Below, piece by piece: positions 40,320 to 50,582 of a DNA stretch of 64,000 nt (its first letter is position 1; every line of letters starts with the position of its first letter). The notes under the pieces were generated by a model, which worked only from the letters and a program-made list of their open reading frames with translations, made no database searches and was not told the DNA's origin. Location: the IMG/VR virus record IMGVR_UViG_3300032237_000809, positions 1-64,000 of that record; one strand, given 5' to 3'. The position numbers were made by a program, and so were the translations under genes. The DNA comes from a virus. Its lineage: Duplodnaviria > Caudoviricetes.

Positions 40320-41225
40320 TGCGAGTTCTTAGGATCGGTAGATACATTAATCAATGCATCAAAACTTAGAACGATGGTTTATGAGGATCCATCTAAAAGA
40401 AATAAAGGTCTTGATGTTTATGAAGATCCAAAAGAAGATCACAATTATTTAATTACTGTTGACGTGGCAAGAGGTGTTGGAAACGATTATTCTGCATTTA
40501 TAGTATTTGATATTACAAATTTTCCATACAGAACAGTAGCAAAATATAAGAATAATGAAATAAAACCTATGATGTTTCCTGCTATTATTCATGAAGTAGC
40601 AAAAGCGTATGATGATGCTTGGTTATTGATTGAAGTTAATGACATTGGTGATCAGGTGGCAAGTATTCTTCATTTTGATCTTGAATATGATAATGTTTTA
40701 ATGTGTTCAATGCGCGGCCGCGCAGGTCAAATTGTAGGATCTGGATTTAGTGGTAAAAAATCTCAACTTGGTGTCCGTATGACATCAGCGGTTAAAAAGT
40801 TAGGATGTTCTAACTTAAGAACCTTAGTTGAGGACGATAAACTTCTGATTAATGACTATGATATGATCTCAGAACTTACTACATTTATTCAAAAAAGTAG
40901 ATCATTTGAAGCAGAAGAGGGATGTAATGATGATTTAGCAATGTGTCTTGTTATATTTTCTTGGTTAGTTGCTCAAGATTATTTTAAAGAAATGACGAAT
41001 AATGATGTTCGTAAAAGAATCTATGAAGAGCAAAAGAATCAAGTAGAACAAGATATGGCACCCTTTGGATTTATTTTGGATGGATTAGATGATCCCGAAA
41101 TTTACGTAGAACCTGAGACTGGTGATAGATGGTTATTTGCAACAGCACAAAATGAAAATCAACCTTTAGAAATTTGGAATGTTGATGAGTATGGTGATAG
41201 ATCTCATGAATGGAATTATCGCTAA
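39972..41225 (+). CDS. gp17: terminase large subunit gp17, C-terminal (nuclease) fragment preceded by split-intein C-half
   Basis: After SHN: CEFLGSVDTLI..., VDVARG.G.DYSA, IE.NDIG, NDDLAM RNase-H-like nuclease motifs. Confidence 0.95.
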   Translation: MHTIPESVVLNKKGHKILSPEGLVSFFGINKITKNSYIHLKFSNGNELKCSLDHPLSTIDGIIKAKDLDKFTEIYTKDGGCFLKKSKIIEQQIDLYDIVNSGINHLYYSNDIISHNCEFLGSVDTLINASKLRTMVYEDPSKRNKGLDVYEDPKEDHNYLITVDVARGVGNDYSAFIVFDITNFPYRTVAKYKNNEIKPMMFPAIIHEVAKAYDDAWLLIEVNDIGDQVASILHFDLEYDNVLMCSMRGRAGQIVGSGFSGKKSQLGVRMTSAVKKLGCSNLRTLVEDDKLLINDYDMISELTTFIQKSRSFEAEEGCNDDLAMCLVIFSWLVAQDYFKEMTNNDVRKRIYEEQKNQVEQDMAPFGFILDGLDDPEIYVEPETGDRWLFATAQNENQPLEIWNVDEYGDRSHEWNYR

Positions 41226-41282
41226 AGAGGCAGAATTTTATAAATACTTTTAGAATAATTCTGGACTTGTCGGGGAATAAAA

Positions 41283-43490
41283 ATGGCGCTAAATTTAGCA
41301 TCTCCTGGAATTGTAGTAAGGGAAGTTGACTTAACAGTTGGGAGAGTTGGGCCAGCTTCAAATAAAATTGGTGCAATCGTAGCTCCTTTTGCAAAGGGAC
41401 CTGTAGATTCACCAACTCTGGTTGAAACAGAGAAAGATTTACTAAACAATTTTGGTGAGCCATATGCAACAGATAAAAATTATGAGCATTGGTTAGTTGC
41501 TTCTTCTTATCTTGCATATGGGGGATCACTTAGAGTAGTGAGAGCAGACGACACATCATTTAAAAATGGTATGGTAGGTACTGCTGCTAGTGTTAAAATT
41601 AAAAGTTTAGAGCACTATACTGAATTAGGGTATGATGAAAACACAATTACTGATGTAACTATTGCTGCAAGAAATCCTGGTTCCTGGTCTAATGGAATTA
41701 GAGTAGCAATGATTGATGCTAAAGCAGATCAAATTTTAAATGGAATTGACACTACTAACATCACTATTGGATGTGGTCTTACACAATCTGCTAATAGTAA
41801 AGTTAAGGCAGGAATTGGAACAACATCAATTCTTGGAGGATACATAAAAGGTATTGTTACTGGTGTTGGAACTGCTGTAGGTCTTTCAACGAATCAAATT
41901 TTAGTTAAGTTTTTATCACATGTTTCTACTGGAGGAACAATTACAAATATTGATTATCAACCATCAAGTATCTATTCTTTTACTAATTCTGGATTTGTTT
42001 CAATTAGTACAAGTGGTGGATATATTGGAACTGCTGCATATAGTTCACAATTAGATTGGTTTGATCAGCAACAACTTGTACTTGGAAATACTGCAGTTGG
42101 ATCTGGAACAACATATATAACTATTAATTGGAATAATATTGCCGATCGTCCATCTACTTCAGATTATGCAGAATCTAGAGGATCAAGATTCGATGAAGTT
42201 CATATTGTAGTAATTGATGCCTTAGGGTCAATTACTGGTAATGCAGGAACAATTCTTGAGAAGCATTTAAATATTTCCAAAGCATCTGATGCACAATTTT
42301 CAGTTGGAAGTCCTTCTTACTGGAGAAAATATCTTGCAAATAATTCTGAATATATTTTTGGTGGATCTGCTCCAACAGGTATTGTAACTACTGGATTTAG
42401 TTATGATTTTACATTATCAAATGATATTGGTTGGGATCAAACTGCCGATGGTGGAACTGGAGGAGTTATTTTTGGTGGTACTGGAGCACAAAACTTTGTT
42501 CTTTCCAAAGGATCAGATTATGGTGGGAAAACGGGAATTAGTTCAACAGGTGCATTAACTGCATCAGTTGGAAAACTTTCTGAAGGATATGATTTATTTG
42601 AAAATACGGATAATTTTAAAGTTGATTTTCTCTTAATGGGTTCTGCAAATTATGGTATCTATGATGCTCAAGCACTTGCAGAAAAGGTCATTTCTGTTGC
42701 AGAATTAAGAAAAGATGCACTTGCATTTATTTCACCATATAGAGGATCTTCATTATCAGATACTTCAGATCAAAGCAAAGTAACTGTGTATTCGGATGCA
42801 ACAATTACTGATAAACTTATTGAATTCTATGCACCTATTACATCTTCAACTTATGCAGTATTTGATTCTGGATATAAGTACATGTATGATAGATTCTCAG
42901 ATACTTTTAGATATGTTCCCTTAAATGGTGATATTGCTGGAACTTGTGCTCGTAATGATATTAACAACTTCCCATGGTATTCGCCAGCAGGAACTTCAAG
43001 AGGAGCAATCTTGAACGCAGTGAAACTTGCATATAATCCATCTAAATCTCAAAGAGATCGTCTTTACACAAATAGAATTAATCCAGTTATCTTCTCCCCA
43101 GGAGCAGGTATTGTTTTATTTGGTGATAAAACTGCTTATGGTAAAGCATCTGCATTTGATAGAATTAACGTTCGTAGACTTTTTGTTTACTTAGAAACTG
43201 CAATTTCTTCAGCTGCTAAGGATCAACTTTTCCAGTTTAATGATGAAATCACAAGAACCAACTTCGTAAATATTATAGAACCATTCCTCCGCGATGTTCA
43301 AGCAAAGAGGGGAATTTATGATTATGTTGTTGTTTGTGATGAAACCAATAATACCGCAGCTGTAATTGATTCTAACGAATTTGTTGCAGATATTTACATC
43401 AAACCAGCAAGATCAATTAACTTCATTGGTCTTACTTTTGTCGCCACCAGAACTGGTGTTTCATTTGACGAAGTAATCGGTCAATTCTAA
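41283..43490 (+). CDS. gp18: tail sheath protein gp18
   Basis: SPG.VVREVDLT, PW.SPAG..RG, RD.LY...INPV, GDKT, FDRINVRRLF, IKPARSINFI. Confidence 0.97.
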   Translation: MALNLASPGIVVREVDLTVGRVGPASNKIGAIVAPFAKGPVDSPTLVETEKDLLNNFGEPYATDKNYEHWLVASSYLAYGGSLRVVRADDTSFKNGMVGTAASVKIKSLEHYTELGYDENTITDVTIAARNPGSWSNGIRVAMIDAKADQILNGIDTTNITIGCGLTQSANSKVKAGIGTTSILGGYIKGIVTGVGTAVGLSTNQILVKFLSHVSTGGTITNIDYQPSSIYSFTNSGFVSISTSGGYIGTAAYSSQLDWFDQQQLVLGNTAVGSGTTYITINWNNIADRPSTSDYAESRGSRFDEVHIVVIDALGSITGNAGTILEKHLNISKASDAQFSVGSPSYWRKYLANNSEYIFGGSAPTGIVTTGFSYDFTLSNDIGWDQTADGGTGGVIFGGTGAQNFVLSKGSDYGGKTGISSTGALTASVGKLSEGYDLFENTDNFKVDFLLMGSANYGIYDAQALAEKVISVAELRKDALAFISPYRGSSLSDTSDQSKVTVYSDATITDKLIEFYAPITSSTYAVFDSGYKYMYDRFSDTFRYVPLNGDIAGTCARNDINNFPWYSPAGTSRGAILNAVKLAYNPSKSQRDRLYTNRINPVIFSPGAGIVLFGDKTAYGKASAFDRINVRRLFVYLETAISSAAKDQLFQFNDEITRTNFVNIIEPFLRDVQAKRGIYDYVVVCDETNNTAAVIDSNEFVADIYIKPARSINFIGLTFVATRTGVSFDEVIGQF

Positions 43491-43511
43491 TTAATCTAGA
43501 GGTAAAAAACC

Positions 43512-44105
43512 ATGGCAACCAGAAATCAATTAAATCCACCTCCTTTAAGGAAGATTACCGACTTCAAGAGTAAACTCTCTGGTGGTGGTACTCGCGCAAA
43601 CCTTTTTGAAGTTGTATTGTCATTCCCAGCATCTTCTCCAACAGATAATGTTACTCTTGATAAAATTAGATTTTTAGTCAAAACAGCAGCTCTTCCAGCA
43701 TCCACTATTGGTCCTGTTAATGTTCCATTTAGAGGAAGAATTTTAAAAGTCGCTGGAGATAGAACTTTTGAAAGTTGGACTGTTACTGTAATTAATGATA
43801 CAGACTTTGCAATTCGTTCTGCTCTTGAAAAATGGGTCAATTCAATCAACAGAGTTTCTGATGCAACTGGTGCTACTGATCCAGCACTTTATCAAGCAGA
43901 TGCTTTTGTTTATCAATTAGATCGTGATGGTTCTACTCTTAGAGCATATCACATGTATGATATTTTCCCAACTAATATTTCACCAATTGCCCTTTCTTAT
44001 GATACCACTGATGCAATTGAAGATTTTACTTGTGAATTCCAAGTTCAATGGTGGGAAGCAATTAAAGGAAATGGTGCAAACTCCGGTGGTGAAGATATCA
44101 ACTAA
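43512..44105 (+). CDS. gp19: tail tube protein gp19
   Basis: GG.R.NLFEV, LPAS..G...VPFRGR.LK.AGDRTF..WT.TV.ND.DF. Confidence 0.97.
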   Translation: MATRNQLNPPPLRKITDFKSKLSGGGTRANLFEVVLSFPASSPTDNVTLDKIRFLVKTAALPASTIGPVNVPFRGRILKVAGDRTFESWTVTVINDTDFAIRSALEKWVNSINRVSDATGATDPALYQADAFVYQLDRDGSTLRAYHMYDIFPTNISPIALSYDTTDAIEDFTCEFQVQWWEAIKGNGANSGGEDIN

Positions 44106-44131
44106 ATATAATATACAGATAAAATTATAAG

Positions 44132-45820
44132 ATGGCAAAACTTTTTGGATTTTCAATTGATGATTCTAATGATAAACTAAAATCTAAATCTATTGTCTCC
44201 CCCGTTCCACCTAACAATGACGACGGGGTAGACAATTTTATTGCGAGTGGATTTTATGGTCAATATTTAGATATTGAAGGTGTTTATAGAACTGAATTTG
44301 ATTTAATCAAAAGATATCGTGAAATGGCATTACATCCTGAGTGTGATAATGCAATTGAAGATGTTGTAAATGAAGCAATTGTAAGTGATTTATATGATTC
44401 TCCAGTAGAAATTGAACTTTCAAATTTAAATGCTAGTGATAAATTAAAAGAAAAAATTAGAGAGGAATTTAAATATATTAAAGAACTCATGGATTTTGAC
44501 AGAAAATGTCATGAGATTTTTAGGAATTGGTATGTTGATGGTAAATTGTATTATTTAAAAGTAATTGATATTAAAAAACCTCAAGAGGGTATACAGGATC
44601 TGAGATATATTGATCCTATGAAGATGAAATTTGTTCGACAAGAAAAAAATAAAGATAAAAGAAATTTACTTAATATAAACACTGCACAAGAAACTGATAA
44701 GGTATTTTATCCAGAACTTGATGAATTTTTCTTATATACGCCTATACCATCTTACCCATCTGCGGGAATGATCAGTGGTGGTGGAACTGCTAAACATATT
44801 AAAATTGCCAGAGATTCGATAACATATGTTACTTCTGGTCTTGTAGACAGAAATAAAGGTACTATTCTTTCATATTTACATAAAGCAATCAAGGCTCTCA
44901 ATCAACTGAGAATGATTGAAGATTCACTTGTAATTTATAGACTTTCAAGAGCACCAGAACGTCGTATTTTTTATATTGATGTTGGCAATCTTCCTAAAGT
45001 AAAAGCGGAACAATATCTCAAAGAGGTTATGTCTCGCTATAGAAATAAGTTAGTTTACGATGCCAGCACTGGAGAAGTTCGTGATGATCGTAAATTTATG
45101 TCCATGATGGAAGATTTTTGGTTGCCTCGTCGTGAAGGTGGTAGAGGAACTGAAATTACTACTCTTCCAGGTGGTCAAAATCTTGGAGAACTTAGTGATA
45201 TTGAATATTTCCAGAAAAAACTTTATAGAGCACTCGGTGTTCCAGAATCTAGAATAGCTGGAAGTGGAGACGGATTTAATCTTGGTCGTTCATCAGAAAT
45301 TCTGAGAGATGAATTAAAATTTACAAAATTTGTAGGGCGTTTAAGAAAAAGATTTTCTAATCTGTTTAATGATATGCTCAAAACTCAATTAGTTTTGAAG
45401 AATATTGTTACTCCAGAAGATTGGGATTCGATGAGTGACCATATTCAATATGATTATCTTTATGACAATCAATTTGCTGAACTTAAAGAATCAGAACTGA
45501 TAAGTGAAAGATTGGGAATTCTTGCAACTATCGAACCTTATATTGGAAAATATTATTCACAAGAATATGTTCGCAAAAGAATACTGAGACAAACAGATAG
45601 TGAAATTATTGAGATAAATCAACAAATTAAGAGTGAAATTAAAAAAGGAATTATTCCAGATCCGGCAACAATTGATCCAATTACTGGCGAACCTTTACCA
45701 CCACCAGATCAAATGGGAATGGATACCGGAATGCCACAAGATCAGGGTATGGATCAACAATTGGCAGTACCACCACCTCCAATGCCATCTTCCAAAGAAG
45801 TTAAAAAAGCAGAGATATAA
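44132..45820 (+). CDS. gp20: portal vertex protein gp20
   Basis: YLHKAIK..NQLRM.ED..VIYR..RAPERRIFYIDVGNLPK.KAEQY; EDFWLPRREGGRGTEI. Confidence 0.98.
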   Translation: MAKLFGFSIDDSNDKLKSKSIVSPVPPNNDDGVDNFIASGFYGQYLDIEGVYRTEFDLIKRYREMALHPECDNAIEDVVNEAIVSDLYDSPVEIELSNLNASDKLKEKIREEFKYIKELMDFDRKCHEIFRNWYVDGKLYYLKVIDIKKPQEGIQDLRYIDPMKMKFVRQEKNKDKRNLLNINTAQETDKVFYPELDEFFLYTPIPSYPSAGMISGGGTAKHIKIARDSITYVTSGLVDRNKGTILSYLHKAIKALNQLRMIEDSLVIYRLSRAPERRIFYIDVGNLPKVKAEQYLKEVMSRYRNKLVYDASTGEVRDDRKFMSMMEDFWLPRREGGRGTEITTLPGGQNLGELSDIEYFQKKLYRALGVPESRIAGSGDGFNLGRSSEILRDELKFTKFVGRLRKRFSNLFNDMLKTQLVLKNIVTPEDWDSMSDHIQYDYLYDNQFAELKESELISERLGILATIEPYIGKYYSQEYVRKRILRQTDSEIIEINQQIKSEIKKGIIPDPATIDPITGEPLPPPDQMGMDTGMPQDQGMDQQLAVPPPPMPSSKEVKKAEI

Positions 45821-45850
45821 ATAATTATTATAATACTATATTAAAGTTTC

Positions 45851-46066
45851 ATGGAAGAACTTATCGATATGATTGCTACAGATTCTGCAGCATCTCAAAT
45901 TACTGACAGAATTAAGGATTTACTTTTTGCAAAAGCTGCAGAAAGAATTGATGGTGCTAAACCATATGTGGCTTCAACAATGTTTGGTGAGGATGATGTT
46001 GAAGATATTGAAAATGAAGATGATGAAGATGAAGATAGTGAAGAGTACTCCGAGGATCAAGAATAA
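45851..46066 (+). CDS. small acidic protein (prohead core gp67-like position)
   Basis: ORF track; late promoter 45816; acidic tail; position between gp20 and gp21. Confidence 0.75.
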   Translation: MEELIDMIATDSAASQITDRIKDLLFAKAAERIDGAKPYVASTMFGEDDVEDIENEDDEDEDSEEYSEDQE

Positions 46067-46608
46067 TGGCAATAAAAATTATTCAGGACACACAAATTCC
46101 AAAAATATCACCATCAGTTGGTGTTGCGGCAACGAGTGTACCTATTGCCCTTAAAACTGGATATTTAAGAATCACTATTGGATCAACTCTTGGATCTTCT
46201 GGCGGATATATTGCTATTGGAACTAACCCAGTAGCAACACAGGACAATTATCACATTACATCATATAGTGTTGATATCATAAAAGAACCTCTCAAAAATC
46301 AAAAAATTGCAGGAATTGTTACAGGAACGACTACAAAAATAATCTTTGATACGAATGAATGGCATTCTTTTAACGCACAAGATTATGTGACTATTTCTGG
46401 TGCTGCAACTGCTGGAATAAACACAACACATAATGCAATTGTTTCTTTAGATAATTCATCAGTTACGATTAATTTCAATAGTTCTTCAATTTCTTCACCA
46501 AATATTACTGGAGCATCACTTTCCAGAAGTGTAAAAGTATCTTGTCTTACTCATTCGCCAAGTACTTTTTTTAATATTGCAGAAGTAGTCACACTAGTCT
46601 CAGAATAA
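46066..46608 (+). CDS. hypothetical protein (180 aa)
   Basis: ORF track; coupled to upstream gene. Confidence 0.75.
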   Translation: MAIKIIQDTQIPKISPSVGVAATSVPIALKTGYLRITIGSTLGSSGGYIAIGTNPVATQDNYHITSYSVDIIKEPLKNQKIAGIVTGTTTKIIFDTNEWHSFNAQDYVTISGAATAGINTTHNAIVSLDNSSVTINFNSSSISSPNITGASLSRSVKVSCLTHSPSTFFNIAEVVTLVSE

Positions 46609-46612
46609 AAAA

Positions 46613-47263
46613 ATGAAACTCATCACAGAAGAAGTACAAAAGGTCAAATTTATTACAGAAGGAAAAGGTTCCGGAAAGAAAATGTTTATTGAAGGAATTT
46701 TCCTTCAAGGAGATATTTGTAATCGTAACGGAAGAATGTATCCAATGGATACTTTAATGAGAGAAGTAAAACGTTATAATGAATCTTTTGTCAATAAAGG
46801 TCGTGCTCTTGGAGAACTTGGGCATCCTGATGGTCCTACCGTTAATCTTGATCGTGTTTCTCACATGATTACTTCTCTCGTTAGAGAGGGAAGTAATATT
46901 AAAGGAAGAGCACAACTTCTTGAAACACCAATGGGAAAAATTGCCAAAGCACTTATTGCTGAAGGTGTTTGTCTTGGTGTTTCTTCCCGTGGTGTTGGAT
47001 CATTAAAAATGACTAATGAAGGTCATAAAATTGTTGGTGAAGATTTTATGTTGGCGACTGCAGCAGATATTGTTGCAGATCCTTCCGCACCTGATGCTTT
47101 TGTTCAGGGAATTATGGAAGGTAAAGAATGGATTTATGACAATAGTAAGCAGGTTTGGATTGCAGAATCAATTAAAAATATAATTGATAAAGATGTTAAA
47201 AAAAGAAAATTGACAGAAGAAAGAAAACTTGAGCATTTTGAGAAATTTATAAGTATGCTATGA
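46613..47263 (+). CDS. gp21: prohead protease gp21
   Basis: MKLI.E, NRNGR.Y, ALGELGHP, GVSSRG.GS, D.VADPSAPDAFV. Confidence 0.97.
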   Translation: MKLITEEVQKVKFITEGKGSGKKMFIEGIFLQGDICNRNGRMYPMDTLMREVKRYNESFVNKGRALGELGHPDGPTVNLDRVSHMITSLVREGSNIKGRAQLLETPMGKIAKALIAEGVCLGVSSRGVGSLKMTNEGHKIVGEDFMLATAADIVADPSAPDAFVQGIMEGKEWIYDNSKQVWIAESIKNIIDKDVKKRKLTEERKLEHFEKFISML

Positions 47264-47853
47264 AAAATGAACATTACGTTTATGCTCTTGTAGATCCAAT
47301 TAATAGAATTCCATTCTATATTGGTAAAGGTAAAAAAGATAGGTGTTATTCGCATTTAAAAGGATGTGCCAATTATAATGAAGAAAAATTGAATTATATC
47401 AAAAATATAAGACTTTTAGGATTTGAACCAGTGGTTTATAAAATTATTGAAAATTTATCAAATAAACATTCATTAGAATATGAAGATTATTTTATTGAAT
47501 ATTATAAAGAATTTCTTACAAACAAGAAGATAAGTCCACCAGATAGGACGGGATCTAAACTTTCAGAATATCACAAAAAAATATTAAAAGAAAAAAATTT
47601 AGGAAAAAAATTAAGTGAAAATCATAAAATAAAAATAGGTACATCTAATTCACATAAACCAAATTATAATATAAATAAAATTTATAAAGATAAATCTTTA
47701 CATAAAAATGAAGGATCAAAAAATCCTAACTCTAAAAAAATTATTTGTAATGGAATAACTTTTGGATGTATGAAAGATGCTTATGAATATTTTAATGTTT
47801 CTAAGCAGACTTTTAAGAAAAGATATGATTTTAATTTTCTTCCAAATCTTTAA
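47260..47853 (+). CDS. GIY-YIG homing endonuclease with NUMOD3-like repeats
   Basis: YVYALVDP...PFYIGKG...R..H; KLSE.HK.KI repeats. Confidence 0.85.
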   Translation: MKNEHYVYALVDPINRIPFYIGKGKKDRCYSHLKGCANYNEEKLNYIKNIRLLGFEPVVYKIIENLSNKHSLEYEDYFIEYYKEFLTNKKISPPDRTGSKLSEYHKKILKEKNLGKKLSENHKIKIGTSNSHKPNYNINKIYKDKSLHKNEGSKNPNSKKIICNGITFGCMKDAYEYFNVSKQTFKKRYDFNFLPNL

Positions 47854-47889
47854 ATTATAAATAAATATAGATTATACACAAAATCTAAA

Positions 47890-49047
47890 ATGTCCGTTGG
47901 TAGCAATTTACAAGAAATGGAAAACGTAGTAACCAAAGGAGCTGCACCTGCTGAACCAATGCAAAAGTTGTCCACTGGAATTGCTCCTGGACAAACTGGC
48001 GCATGGGAAGATTTAGGTGGACCTACTCCAGAAAATTATCGCACAGATGACGACTCAGCGAGACTTAATACTCCTGGATCTACTCTTCAACAAGTTAGAA
48101 ATGTCGTTAATGCTAAGGCTGCTGCGGCAGATCCTATGCAAACAATGGCAAAAGAAGATACTGAATATAATGACGATGAAGAACTTGTAGAAGAATCTGA
48201 AACCGAGGATGATAAAAAAGACAAAGAGGAAGATAAGAAGGAGTATGGCAAAAAGAATCCTTCTGCATCTGAAGAAGATGATAAGAAAAAGAAGGAAGAT
48301 GAAGATGAAATGAAGGAAGAGTATGACATTGAAGAAGATGTCAATGCTCTCCTTGCTGGTGAGGATCTTTCTGAAGAATTCCAAGAGAAAGCACGTACCA
48401 TCTTTGAAGCTGCTATTAGATCGAAAGTTTTTGAGATCAAAGAGCAGATTCAAGAAACCTATGAAAATGCACTCATTGAAGAAGTTGAAAATATTAAGCA
48501 AGGACTCACTGAAAGAGTTGATGCTTATCTTGAATATGTTGCAGATGAGTGGGTTTCAGAAAATGCCCTTGCAATTGAGCAAGGACTTAAAACTGAAATG
48601 ACTGAATCATTCCTCCTTGGAATGAAGAGTCTTTTTGAAGATCATTATGTATCAATCCCTGAAGAGAAATATGATGTAATCGAGAGTATGGTAGATAAAC
48701 TTGATGAAATGGAAGAAAAACTCAACGAGCAAATTGAAAAAAATATTGCTCTTAATAACAGATTAGCAGAGTCGGTTGCTGATGTAATCTTTGGAGATAT
48801 CTCCGATGGTCTTGCACTTTCGCAAAAAGACAAACTCGCTTCTCTTGCAGAAAATGTTGAGTTTGATAGTGAAGAAAACTATCGTGAGAAACTGGTAACT
48901 TTGAGGGAATCATACTTCCCATCTAATACTAGTACTCAAAGAGAAGTTACTGAGAATTTATCTGAAGAAGTAGAATATTCCAATCCTTCACAAATCAGTG
49001 GAACTATGGAAAGATATCTTTCAGTTCTCAGTAGAACTACTAAGTGA
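47890..49047 (+). CDS. gp22: prohead core scaffold gp22
   Basis: EDLGGPTPENY, LSEEF.EKA.TIFEAA, VD.YL.YV..EW..EN; upstream of gp23. Confidence 0.95.
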   Translation: MSVGSNLQEMENVVTKGAAPAEPMQKLSTGIAPGQTGAWEDLGGPTPENYRTDDDSARLNTPGSTLQQVRNVVNAKAAAADPMQTMAKEDTEYNDDEELVEESETEDDKKDKEEDKKEYGKKNPSASEEDDKKKKEDEDEMKEEYDIEEDVNALLAGEDLSEEFQEKARTIFEAAIRSKVFEIKEQIQETYENALIEEVENIKQGLTERVDAYLEYVADEWVSENALAIEQGLKTEMTESFLLGMKSLFEDHYVSIPEEKYDVIESMVDKLDEMEEKLNEQIEKNIALNNRLAESVADVIFGDISDGLALSQKDKLASLAENVEFDSEENYREKLVTLRESYFPSNTSTQREVTENLSEEVEYSNPSQISGTMERYLSVLSRTTK

Positions 49048-49099
49048 TTTTTAAATTATAACAAATCAAACTAACACGTTTTAACTAGAGGTAAAACAA

Positions 49100-50506
49100 A
49101 TGCAAATGTTCAATGCAGAATATTTGCAGGAGAAGTGGGCACCAATCCTGGACTATCAGGGACTTGATTCAATCAAGGATTCTCATCGTAGAATGGTTAC
49201 CGCTGTCCTGCTTGAAAACCAAGAAAAAACTATTCGTGAAGAGCGCGAGTTTCTTTCCGAAAACGTTCCAACCAATAGCACCGCCTCAGGATCCAATCCC
49301 GGTTTTAGTGGTAGTGCATCTTCACCTGTTGCTGGTTTCGATCCCGTTCTGATCTCCTTGATCAGACGTGCAATGCCTAACTTGGTCGCTTATGACCTTG
49401 CTGGTGTTCAACCAATGAACGGTCCTACAGGACTTATCTTCGCAATGCGTTCACGCTACAAGACACAACTTGGTACGGAAACATTCTACAACGAAGTAGA
49501 TTCCGCATTCTCAGGTCAAGGTTCAACCTTCACCGAAACCGAAGGATGGACTTCTGGTACAGTTGGTCTTGGTACTACTGCTCAGTCAGGTTCAAACCCA
49601 GGTCTTCTTGATGCAGCTGGAACCAACGCAACGGTTTATAACGTTGGTCAAGGTATGCGTACTGATAACGCAGAAAACCTTGGTACTGCCGAAGGTGGTC
49701 AGTTCAACGAAATGTCTTTCTCAATTGAGAAGATTACCGTTACTGCAAAGTCACGCGCTCTGAAAGCTGAGTACTCGTTAGAACTCGCACAAGATCTTAA
49801 GGCAATTCACGGGTTGAATGCAGAAGCTGAGTTGGCAAATCTTCTGTCAACTGAGATTCTTGCTGAAATCAACCGTGAAGTCATTCGTACCATCTATAAC
49901 GTTGCTAAGCCTGGTGCTCAAACCAACGTTGCTACTGCCGGTACTTTTGACCTTGATGTTGACTCCAACGGTCGTTGGTCAGTTGAGAAGTTCAAAGGAC
50001 TTATCTTCCAAATCGAGCGCGATGCTAACGCAATCGCACAACAAACTCGTAGAGGAAAGGGTAATATGATCCTCTGCTCGGCAGACGTTGCTTCGGCACT
50101 CACCATGGCAGGTGTTCTCGATTACACCCCAGCACTCAACGCTAATCTTAACGTTGATGACACTGGCAATACCTTCGCTGGTATCCTCCAAGGCAAGTAT
50201 AAGGTCTATATTGATCCTTATGCTGGTGGTTTCACAAACTCCAACGTCACTGGTGGTCAGTATTATGTTGTCGGTTATAAGGGTTCTTCACCTTATGACG
50301 CTGGACTCTTCTATTGTCCTTATGTTCCTCTCCAAATGGTTCGCGCCGTTGGTGAGAACACCTTCCAGCCTAAAATCGGATTCAAGACCAGATATGGCAT
50401 TGTTGCTAACCCATTCGCTAAGGGTGCAGACACTGCTAATCCTGGTGTTCTTGAGAGAAACACCAACGTCTACTACAGAAGAGTTACTGTTCAAAATTTA
50501 ATGTAA
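49100..50506 (+). CDS. gp23: major capsid protein gp23
   Basis: KW.P.L, LLENQ, FDPVLISL.RR..PNL.AYD..GVQPM.GPTGLIFAMR, SRALKAEY..ELAQDLKAIHGL, FQPKIGFKTRYG. Confidence 0.99.
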   Translation: MQMFNAEYLQEKWAPILDYQGLDSIKDSHRRMVTAVLLENQEKTIREEREFLSENVPTNSTASGSNPGFSGSASSPVAGFDPVLISLIRRAMPNLVAYDLAGVQPMNGPTGLIFAMRSRYKTQLGTETFYNEVDSAFSGQGSTFTETEGWTSGTVGLGTTAQSGSNPGLLDAAGTNATVYNVGQGMRTDNAENLGTAEGGQFNEMSFSIEKITVTAKSRALKAEYSLELAQDLKAIHGLNAEAELANLLSTEILAEINREVIRTIYNVAKPGAQTNVATAGTFDLDVDSNGRWSVEKFKGLIFQIERDANAIAQQTRRGKGNMILCSADVASALTMAGVLDYTPALNANLNVDDTGNTFAGILQGKYKVYIDPYAGGFTNSNVTGGQYYVVGYKGSSPYDAGLFYCPYVPLQMVRAVGENTFQPKIGFKTRYGIVANPFAKGADTANPGVLERNTNVYYRRVTVQNLM

Positions 50507-50526
50507 TTCTAACATTAAATACTATT

Positions 50527-50552
50527 AAAGGGATCTTAAGATCCCTTTTTTT
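50527..50552 (+). terminator. intrinsic terminator after gp23
   Basis: AAAGGGATC-TTAA-GATCCCTTTTTTT. Confidence 0.9.
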
Positions 50553-50582
50553 ATAAATAATTATGTTATAAACTTTGGTGAT

